Assembly: GCA_030704615.1 (NCBI GenBank)
Contig: CM060733.1
Location: 71,548,001-71,612,000, forward strand
Origin: Takakia lepidozioides
Lineage: Eukaryota > Plantae > Bryophyta
DNA length: 64,000 nucleotides
Direction: 5' to 3'
Shown one piece after another: positions 51,601-61,989 of the stretch (position 1 is the first letter of the stretch; every line of letters starts with the position of its first letter). Position numbers and translations under genes: made by a program. The notes below the pieces were generated by a model. It was not told where the DNA came from. It saw only the letters and a program-made list of their open reading frames with translations, and made no database searches.

Positions 51601-54600
51601 TCTCAAGAGACTATCCCTGATCCCTCCCTTCGGCACGTAGAGACGCTTTTGCTTGTACCGGAGCAGTCCATTTTGCAAGTGGAACTGCGATTTAACCCCC
51701 ATCCTCAAGTCCTGCATCACGGACTTCGCCAGCTCATCCTTCCTGCAAGCCTTCCGGATCTTCCTTTGGAGTGCCGTCTCGCCCTTGTACACCAACAAGA
51801 GCTGCTGCTTTCTACTTAAAGCATCGGCCACCACATTGTCTCGTCCCGGTTTGTACTGGATATCCACGTCGAACACTGCCAAAGTATCTTGCCACCTAAG
51901 TTGTTTTGGGGACAACTTGGGCTGCGTGGCAAAATACTTCACCGTGACATTGTACGTGAACACCTTCACTGGGTTGGAACCAACATAGTGGCGCCAGAGC
52001 TCAAGGCAATGCACCACCGCCTTCATCTCTTTTTCGTGCGTCGGCCACCGTCGCTCCACTTCATTCAGTTTCTTACTTTCGTAAGCCACTGGACGTCCAT
52101 CTTGCATAAGTACACCCCCAATCGCGAAGTCCGACGCATCTGTATGAATCTCAAATGGACGATCGAACTCCGGGATTTTCAAGACTGGAGCTTCCGCCAT
52201 CCACTGCTTCAATTCAGCAAAAGCTTGGCCACAAAAGGTGTTCCATGCCCAGACTTTAGATTTACACATAAGGTCTGACAGCGGCCCCGCAATCTTGGCG
52301 AAATTTCTCACATACTTCCGGTAATAGGAGGCGAGTCCTAGGAAGGATCGCACTCCCGGGACCGAAGTCGGAGGCTCCCAGTCCAAGATCGCCCTCACCT
52401 TTCTGTCATCCATTTTGATCCCATCCTGTGTAATCACATGCCCCAAGAACTCCACTTTCGTGACCCCAAATTCGCACTTTGAAGCTTTGGCATACAGCTT
52501 CCCTTCTCGCAATTTTTGGAACACCCTTTTGAGGTGCTCCAGGTGCTCCTCCTTTGTTTTCGAGTACACCAAGATGTCGTCGATGTACACGATCACAAAG
52601 TCATCCAACCACTCCTGGAAAAGGCTGTTCATCAGCGTGCTAAATGTTGCTGGTGCATTGGTGAGCCCAAAAGGCATCACCAAGAACTCATATGAACCAT
52701 ACCTTGTCCTGCACGCGGTCTTCTCCTCATCTCCTTCCGCCACCCGAATTTGGTGATAGCCGGAGCGCAAGTCGATCCGGCTGAAATACTTCGCTCCTGC
52801 CAACCGATCGAAGAGGTCGTCGATCCTTGGCAAAGGGTACCGGTTTTTGATAGTCACCTTATTCAGAGCCCTGTAATCGACACACATCCGCAGCGTCCCA
52901 TCCTTCTTGTCTGCGAATAGCACCGGGGCTCCGTAAGGTGACTTACTCGGCCGGATGTACCCCTTTGACATTAGATCCTTGAGCTGAGTCTTCAGCTCGA
53001 CCAACTCTCTGTGGCTCAACCGGTAGGGCGCCTTGGCAGGCGGTTCCGATCCCGGTATCACCTCAATCTTGTGGTCAACTCCTCTTCGCGGTGGCAAGCC
53101 GCTTGGTAAATCCTCCGGCATCACATCCTGGTATTTCTCCAAAATCCCCTTGATCCAATCTGGGCTCGGTCCCCATCGCCTTCTCCTTTCACTTCTCTAA
53201 TGTAAAGCAAAAACTGGGGCTCGTGTGCCTCCTCCACGGCCCACTCCTTTGCTGATAGAAGGTTTATTCGCCCTCCCACGGATTTGGGCGTTTCAGACAC
53301 TCGTAAAACCTCGCCACCATTCCCACATGGCAGCGTGACTACTCTCTTGCGGCCATCTATGACCGCTCCGGATTTGCTCAAAAAGGTCATCCCCAAAATG
53401 AGATCACTCCATCGATCTCGCAGATGGTGAAGTTCTCACGTCCCTCCCAACTCCCCAGTTGAAGAGGAACATCAAACGCCAACCTTGTCGCCAATTGCGG
53501 TTCTCCTTTGGCAGAACGCACCTCAATAGAGGCCCCCACGTCACTTGTCGGGAGTCCCAGCTTTTGTGCCGTTGCCGGTGTCATGAAGGAGTGCGACGCT
53601 CCTGTGTCCACCAACAACGACACATTAGTTCCGGATATTATCCCATCCACGAACAATAACTGACTCCCTTTTCGTAAGGTGCCAGTTTCCTGATACAACT
53701 CACAAGAAAATTTGCCTACCTTGCAAGTCCTGGCGACCACCGCCTCCACCAAGCGACTGATGGTATCTTCCGACAGCTCCGTGGTCGCCCGAGTCATGTT
53801 CAATTGTCGGGGCTTCGTGCACTTCTTGGCCATGTGCCCGGGCTCCCCGCAATTGAAACACACTCCATCAAAGGTCGCCTTCTGTCCGCCATAAGCCGCT
53901 CCACCCGCTTTTCCTTTCGGAGCACCGGGTGCCGCCTTGACTTGTGAAGGCCCTCCCTTCGATTTCCACGTGCCATTTTCGCCGCGTGGCCTATCCCACT
54001 TCTTTTCCGGTCGGAAGAGTCACCTTCCCGCCAAATCTTCTTGTGGTTCAGCTCCGTACGGCCTTGTCTTTCACCCCTAGGGACATCCGAGAAACATTCA
54101 GCCCTCTCAATTGCCTCGTTCAAAGTCTTGGGTGGCTTCTCCTCCAACTTCCGCCTGGCCCATGGGGCCAGTCCCGCCACAAAGTTGAAGACCATTTCTG
54201 GTTCTGCCATGTCCGCGACTTCGAGCAACAGCATATTGAAAGCCTGGACATACCCCCAAATGTCATCTGTTTGCTTCAAATTCCTCATCTTGTCCCGGGC
54301 AAGCCAGGACGCGTTGAGGGGCACAAACTGCCTCTTCATCAATTCCTTGAACCCACTCCAGTTCAAGGTTTCCGGACTTGGACCTCGGTCGTGAAGGCGT
54401 TTCTGCAACCATTGTTGAGCATAGCCCCTCAAATAGGTGGGAGCCACTTCCACCCGATCCTCGTCACTCAACTTGGCCGCCCGGAAGTACTGTTCTAGCT
54501 CCAGGAGCCAGGTGTTGAGTGCCTTCCGATTTCGGACGCCCTCGAAGGTGCCGGGTTCCTTAGGCTTCACCTTAAACTTTGCCTTAGCGGAAGTGGCATT

Positions 54601-55660
54601 AGCCGCCTTCAACACGTCTTTCAACGTCCCGCCAAACTGCGCCAACAACCCTTCCCAAAAGGCTGCCGGCATGGGAGGCATCTCTTGGTTTGTCGGAGCT
54701 CTCAAGGATTCCTTGGGCTCCGACTCCTCAGATTCCTCCCGCTCTTGGGTGGCCTCGTTTTCGGAAACATGCATCGCTTCCTCAAACGGCCGCCTCGGTG
54801 ACACGCCGCCCCCATCGGGCTCACCGGGATCATCATCTTTTGGGCCATTCCGCTTTCGCTTCGGCTTGGCCGACCCCATGATGAGGCCAATCCCAAGGAC
54901 AATCGCGTACTGAACTCTAAGCTCTGATACCAAGTGTCGCGCACCCCACTTCGGTAAACTCCCCTTCAAGTCATAGTTACTCGCTTTGATGCGCGCCTGA
55001 CTCCCAACCTGGCCGCCCGGGCCAACTTGGAGCTTCGGCTGCTCACCGGGACATAACGGTCCCCTTTTGCTTCCCTCTAAAACCCTCCACCTAATTGGGA
55101 CTAGGAGAATTCCCTTTGGTAGATGGCAGTCCGGAACAGCTCCCCACTCTTTGGTCGCTTTCCGGCTCGCTCGCTTACTCACTAGCTTTTGCTCACCAAC
55201 GGGCTTGCACCGTTCTCGGGGTTACTACTCCCTATATATACTTCTGTAGCTGTCCGTGGGGGTTTCACAACCAGCCATGCCATTTTATGGCGAACCACCA
55301 CGAAGACCCTCGATTCCCGGTGGTGAGTCGCGGTGAGTCTTGGCCCGCTCACCACGGCCCCTGGACCGTGATGAGTCCCAAGACTCCCCACGACTCCCAC
55401 CACGAGGTCTCCGCCCCCATGGTGAGTCCTATGCCACCCCCACTAAGTCCCACTAAGCTACCACCACCCCTTGTGGAGCCACCCCCACCGCAACCCGGTG
55501 TGCGGGGCTCCACCTAGTGAGCGCCTCCGCTTCCCTGAGTGCCTTGGGCACTCAAGGGTGCCTCAGCCCCCCATACCTATCGCTGCCGCTGCCCCCCCCA
55601 CCACAGGGGCAGCCCCTCATGTGTCCCGACCCCCTGCCCTCAAGGCAAAGGGCCGCGACA
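48700..55660 (-). mobile_element. Chromovirus copy 3, nested antisense in copy 2
   Basis: TSD TCAAG at 48695-48699 and 55661-55665; LTRs 48700-49413 and 54935-55660; PBS at 54921-54932. Confidence 0.96.
50320..54879 (-). pseudogene. gag-pol of copy 3; RT-to-chromodomain open (940 aa), gag/PR frameshifted
   Basis: ORFs 53800-55182, 53387-53863, 53121-53396 and 50320-53142 are consecutive frames of one polyprotein. Confidence 0.92.
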
Positions 55661-58644
55661 TCAAGTGTTGCGTCCGCCACCTATGCTGTTGGATCATGAA
55701 AATGAACCTGAGTACAAGGTGGAGGCAATACTTAAGTCGAGGAGGTTCAAGAACCGAGAAACGGAGTATCTCATCAAATGGAAGGGCTATCATCATGTGG
55801 AGGCATCTTGGGTGCGTGCCTCAGAAATGGGAAACGCATCCAGGCGGTTGCAGCTTTCGAAGGGCGACCTCAAAAGCGGAAGAAACGTTGATGGGGACAT
55901 CAACCTTGAGCGTGGGGAGGAAATGCATGCCTAGCCCGGCTTAGCTACTTAGGAATCTGATTACAAAAACTTGTATTGTACAAAAATTTGTTATAAAGGA
56001 AATGGGTTCCAAATGTTGTGCGTCCTATTTTGTTTGGAATGGTGATGCATGGTATGGTTGGCTAGTGTGTAGAACGCATGCTAGCTTATAAAAGTGGGAG
56101 AGGTAAATTGGGTTAATCGTGTGTTTGCGTAGTGCCGAAATCGGGTGACTCCCATCCAAGGGGCAAGGAAACTTGCGACTTCTTTGGGAGTTCACGTGCT
56201 AGTGCGCACCTGGCACGTGCGCGTACTATAACTGCGCTACCGAGGGGGTTGCCTTGTAGTGCGGGCTAACGCGGAAGCTACGTGCTTCCGTTCACGTACT
56301 ATAATCGTGTAGCATCGGGACGAAGTCGTAGTGCGGCTTCAACGTGTTCCCGTACCTCAGGCCAGCATTCCAAGGCGGACCCAATTATAGTGATTGGGGC
56401 GCACGGTTGGTTCAAGGTTATCTTCCTAGTCAAAGAGGGTTCCAGGTGAACCCTTGCTCAAGATGATGCCAAAAAGCGGCATCATGAGCGGTCGCAAGCA
56501 ATGTTGTTGCAGTAAGGCGATTCGATCCTCAAGGAGGATCGTTCCTTGACCTTGAAGTAGGCCAAGAAGAGTGCACTGGGAGGAGCTTGAGAGGCTCCAC
56601 CCTTGGCCGGGATTTGGAGGAAGTCGGCCGAACTAGCTAGTGGAGAGTAGAGTCAAGTGTGGGGTTTGGTTCTGTGCCATGGGACGCCATGGTACGGAAA
56701 CAAACTCCTTGATGTGGGACGCCACAACTTGGATGTTCGTTTCTACAAAATGGACAAGTCGATGAGGACATCGACTCCCTGTTGGTAGGGGTGTGTGTCG
56801 CGGCCCTTTGCCTTGAGGGCAGGGGCGTTGGGACACAAGAGGGGCTGCCCCCGTGGTGGGGGCAGTAGCAGCGATAGGAACGGGGGCTGAAGCACCCTTG
56901 AGTGCCCAAGGCACTCAAGGAGGCGGAGGCGCTCACTAGGTGGAGCCCGCACACCGGGTTGCGGTGGGGGTGGCTCCACAAGGGTGGTGGTAGCTTAGCG
57001 GGACTTAGTGGGGGTGGCATAGGACTCACCATGGGGTGGAGACCTCGAGGTGGGAGTCGTGGGGAGTCTTGGGACTCATCACGGTCCATTGGGGCCGCGG
57101 TGAGTGGGCCAAGACTCACCGCGACTCACCACCGGGAATCGAGGGTCTTCGTGGTGGTTCGCCATAAAATGGCATGGCTGGTTGTGAAACCCCTGCGGAC
57201 AGCTACAGAAGTATATATAGGGAGTAGTAACCCCGAGAACGGTGCAAGCCCGTTGGTGACCAAAAACTAGTGAGTAAGCGAGCGAGCCGGAAAGCGACCA
57301 AAGAATGGGGAGCTGTTCCGGACTGCCAACTACCAAAGGGAATTCCCGCTGGTTCCAAATCGGTGGAGGGTTCTTTGGGAGAACAAAGGGGGGACCGTTA
57401 TGCCCCGGTGAGCAGCCGAAGCTCCAAGTTGGCCCGGCGGCCAGGTTGGGAGTCAGGCGCGCGCATCAAAGCGAGTAACTATGACTTGAAGGGGAGCTTA
57501 CCGAAGTGAGGTGCGCGACACATGGAGATTTTTTTAATTACCCTTAATTATTGCTAATTAAGGAGTGAAACCCTAACTCCTACCCTATAATCTACTGTTT
57601 AAACTTAGCTAACGGATGACATCCGTCGGGTTTTTAAGAGAAAGGGTATTGATTATTCATCCCCCGGATGAAAAATCGGGCTCTTCCCTAGGGTGTCTCT
57701 CCCGCTGTCAGGTGCATTCCTCGTGTTGCTGAGCTCGCGAGTTATGGCGTCTGAGCTCTGCTGCTACCCTGTCTGTTGCTTCATGTCGGACGAGCTCCTA
57801 GAGATTTACTATTTCATGAGCAGAAACCATGAGCCATGAGCCATGAGCCGCATGAGCGGTGAGCCGAAGTCTAAGACACGCGGATTTCATGAGCGGACTC
57901 CTCCAAATTTGGAAATGCGACAGATTAAACAAGTATTAAAATAATAGTTTTTTATTTGACCTTGCCGTTTTTGGAAGTTCCACATCCTGTAATGCGGCGA
58001 AGATATGTCGTCAGTAACAAGTCCGCTCATGGTTTTTTAGATCCGCTCATGGAAATGAGTGACCGTGCAACGAGAAATCCAGTATACCACGGCAAAAGGA
58101 TGTCGCATACTGGCCTGTATAGAGTATTCCGCGGTTTTACATGCCTTAACATTGGAATGAAGGTGACCCTTTTGCCGCGATTGAACCAATAGAGTCTGCA
58201 CCAATAGAGTCTGCAGTACTTCACAATTCTGTCATCTTCGGGTATTCGGCGGGAAAGGTTTGCGACTCAACTGGGAAATGCGGTGCCGCATTAGGGTTCG
58301 CACGTGCGAATTTTTTGGGCGGTTTGGTGTTGGCGAAGGCCGCATCTACCAGTACCTACGACGTTACTTGGAAATGCGGCGCCACATTTCCTTGCCGGGG
58401 GTCGAATGAGAAAAGCAAAGTTTGGGAGAGCAGAAAAACGGGAACCCTCCAACACACAAAAATACATGCATGTGGAAACATAAGTGAAAGACATAGTATT
58501 ATCTTAGTTCGAGCAAAACAGATTACTGGTAGGCAAGACATAAGTCGGACCTTTCTGTGGCCAGAGTCAGAGCTACTTGCAGCAGTACAGTTCTACTATC
58601 CGAAAAGAATGGGCATACCATTGTGTTGGGACTGTAAGCCAAGC

Positions 58645-61600
58645 TCACTGGTCCCCTGGATCCATATTCAGAAGAATGTGCACTTCTTGGGGGCTCAACC
58701 CTGGTGCATGTATGAAGTGATGAGTTATGGAATTACACCGGAGTCTCTTTAGGTACATGTAGTACAGATGCTTGCAAGGGCAGTATGATGCCCTCTTGTT
58801 CGCCATGATCTGGAAGTCAGTGCATTTGCAGGTGGGTAATTCTGAAATGGTGATGGTGTACACCTCATTGCGAACAGCTGAGCCTGCCGTGGCCATCTGA
58901 TACACACGCCCAAAGCCTGGTGGGGGCACTTCTGTCGAGCTCTGGATTGTACAGTTCATCCGAAGTGCATTCCCCATCCTTGTCTCGTTCACTTTTGAGG
59001 GAGGTCGCTGCATCTTCGGTTTCCCCCAACGGTGTGTAGGATGCTTAGAGCTGTCGCGTCCCATTGTTCTTGCTCTCACAGGGGTCGGTTGTGGAGGTTG
59101 TGGAAGCGGAAATGGTTGTCTGGGGACGTGAGTGCGCTGCACCATCCGAAATCATGCGGCAGTAAGAGCGTCGGCCTCAACCTGACTCAGATCGCAGCCT
59201 GGTTCCACCGGCCACACCGAGGGAGCCTCTAGCATTGTTTGTATATCGTACTTAGGCTTTCCATACACGCAAGTCATAATGTCGTGCCTGCAGAACCATA
59301 ACTGGGTAGTTGTCGCCTCCGCAAACTTTGCATGGACAAATATTCCTGTAAAAGTAGGAGTAGGGACAGCCCCATCTAGATTCCTCCTTATCATCTCTAA
59401 ACAACGTTGTCGTGTATCCACTCGAATTGCGAAATACCTACCTCGAAACGACGGCTTTGTGCGAGCAATTCTCCAGTGTGACGCAGACACAGTCGTCTCC
59501 ACAGTGGCTTGGCCATACTGCATAACAGCGGGCGGAATCTGGGGCAAGCGAATGGTGGGAATTTCTCGCACGGAATCCCCGCTTGAAGACGATGGCGATC
59601 TGGAATTTCTTGGGCTTCCATTGCTGGAAGACACATTGTGCGGCAACATGACGGGACCTCGAGGTGCTATCCGAATGTTCCTGTCAGATCTCCAGGAATC
59701 TTCTTCGCACCCGGGTTCCTCTTCAATCCTCCGCCTCACAGGGCGAGTACGGACGTCCCCCTCTAGGTGTTCACCTCTGCGGTGCAGAGGCGTCCCTTTG
59801 ATCTTCTCTCGCAATGCTGTCGCCCATTTCAGTGGATTCTTCGACCTCGAAGCTGTTCGTACCAACAATTCCTCCCTGTTCGGCCCAAAGCCCCATTGTT
59901 TCCCGCTCAGGAACTTGTAGTACGTGGCTTGCTGCATGATTTCTCTATCGATGTCCTCCATTGTGGCCGTCACTACGTCCACCAAATGTGCGGCAGAAGA
60001 TGCTCGCCAGGAAGAGTGCATTGATTATGCCATATTCGTGTTCGGCATGTCCGTGTCGGAATCCAAGCACCGCTCCTACAAGGACACAAACAATGGTGAG
60101 GGACCAATGGAAAGGTCCGTAATAGAAAGACAATTGCACGAAAATGACAACATCATCCTCCCGCATGTACTGTCCGAACTGTCGATACCGGAAATGCCAC
60201 CACCCCAACCAGCTGTGCAAGGCTCCCAGATTGGTTGTCTCCACTGCACCTGACGTGTTCCACCAAGCCTCGATGATAGCAAACTTAACCTCCGCGTCAT
60301 CAAATGTGGGTGCATCGTTCCACGCCGTACAAATGACACGGTGTTCAGCCTGGAATAAGCTAGCAACAAATTTGGTAGTGTAGTGAGATAGACTCTGCAT
60401 CCAATGGAATCCACAGGATCTCTCTTTCTCGTCCTGGAGATCAGGCAAGTCCTCAATGGACATCAGTGGACGAGGGAGTCATATTCCCAGCACGAGCACC
60501 GCAGTTCGATCCATTCTTGAAATTCTGCGAGGGCTTCACATGGATGGACACTGCTCGGAGCTGGCCGGGCTGGACTACAGCAAGTTCGCAATTAAATCAC
60601 TTACATGTCTTCCCGCAGACGTCGACGATAATATCTTCTTTGAGTTCCCTCCTCGGACGGACTACTCGAGGGCGTCCGGAATGTTGACAGATATTGATAG
60701 AAAACATAACTGTCATCCTTGGTGCGTCACCAAAACCACCAGCATGAAGATGCTCGATGGTGTGCGGGTGCGCTACGTTGTTTGTGCGGGCGCGTTGCAG
60801 TGTTTCTTCCCAACTTGCTTCCATTTTAAATCCAGAGGTCACAAGAACAAGACCGATTGGACAGGCACAGCTCATCAACCATTTCGAGCTTAGGAGAAGG
60901 TTCCGAACTCCACATTTAAGTGTGCGCATTGCAAAGAACCACCACACTGCAGATACGTTACCTTCCTGACTGGAAATTTGGCATAGTCGAGAGCAGCCAG
61001 CTCAGAGCGAGAACCATCGAGGTGATGTTGCCGTAGGAGCTGCACAATGGACCGGGTTGGAGTTATGCTCGAGGGTACATGCGTAGCACCTGCAGAGACG
61101 TCCATGTCGGATTTGAACGACCATGTGGAGGACATGGGGACCTCAATGCACTCATCTTCCTCGTCGAAAATGTCGAATACGTCCACACGAGAAGCTATGG
61201 AGGGTCTTGACGGTCTAGGTCGGGAATGATTATCGTTGCATACCTCTCTGTTGGCTGTGGCCGCCTGTCAGTTTCCCGACTTCTTTGTGGATGGTGTGGG
61301 CAGCGACTGATTCGGGAAGGGAATGGGCATTCCCACAGCTCGGTAGAGGATGGTGTCTGATGGGGGTACGTGCCATTCGATTCCGCAACCTCCGTCGTTA
61401 CCTAGCACGACAATGGTCTCGTCAACCTGTCCAGGAACATCCTTCCTTTCTTCTTCCAAATAAATTGTGCCCGGTTTGAGCTTGAATTTGGAACAAAGGT
61501 AAGTTTCGGTCACTCTGCAAAGTCCTCCCTTGTTTGGGATCCTGGCTCTCCCAAATTGCGGAGGACAGCAAACTATAGCGTAGGAATTCAGAGCCATCGA

Positions 61601-61732
61601 AGACCGCACGAAGTTGGCAAGTGCGAGGTTCAGTATAGCGACAGACCAAGGCTCATATGCACCATCTAAGTGGATCTGCGGAGTCCATCGACAATTGAAA
61701 GTTGCACATTGAAGTGGAAAGTATTGTTTCAA
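58645..61732 (-). pseudogene. Degenerate MULE/Mutator-like transposase with C-terminal SWIM zinc finger
   Basis: ERSCGFHW (CxxH), PNTNMA*SMH (TNxxES-like, TAA at 60025-60027), YTITI...TCKCTDF...PCKHLYYM (SWIM); ORF pairs separated by single in-frame stops; internal inverted block. Confidence 0.65.
60456..60950 (+). pseudogene. Inverted internal segment of the transposase gene encoding a Cys-rich (GCM/WRKY-like) domain
   Basis: HPWCVTKTTS...RYVVCAGALQCFFPTC...CAHCKEPPHC; N-terminal part is paralogous to the - strand ORF 60890-61186. Confidence 0.55.
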
Positions 61733-61989
61733 GCTACATGCATGAAGGTGGGAGGTGTGATTCCATATCCACTAAGTATGACAATGATGGCCGATTCGGC
61801 GACGAAATAACATATCCTGACAGTTTCTCCTGAGGGTGGATCAACTAGTATTCGCGGTGCAGACATGAACGTTCGCACTGACAAGAGCCAAGGCTGTTAG
61901 TTAAAACGGTTAGACAACCAAGTTGTGCTCATTAAGACAGGCCGCAATTGTGTTGTTTCGGAACAATGCAACCCATTGCACATGGCTGA

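Larger units (their letters stand above)
44372..55891 (+). pseudogene. gag-pol of copy 2 (44372-48699 plus 55666-55891), disabled
   Basis: 13-bp duplication near 44608-44633, 300-bp inversion, frameshifts; RT-RH-IN ORF 46545-48692; chromodomain after 55666. Confidence 0.9.
43526..57520 (+). mobile_element. Chromovirus copy 2 (outer), interrupted by copy 3
   Basis: TSD CATGG at 43521-43525 and 57521-57525; LTRs 43526-44316 and 56796-57520; PBS TGGTATCAGAGC at 44319-44330. Confidence 0.95.

Noticed and set aside
54880-55182. LTR-encoded N-terminal extension of gag in copy 3
   Set aside because: It starts at GTG, and copies 1 and 2 have TGA in this frame; probably a chance open frame.
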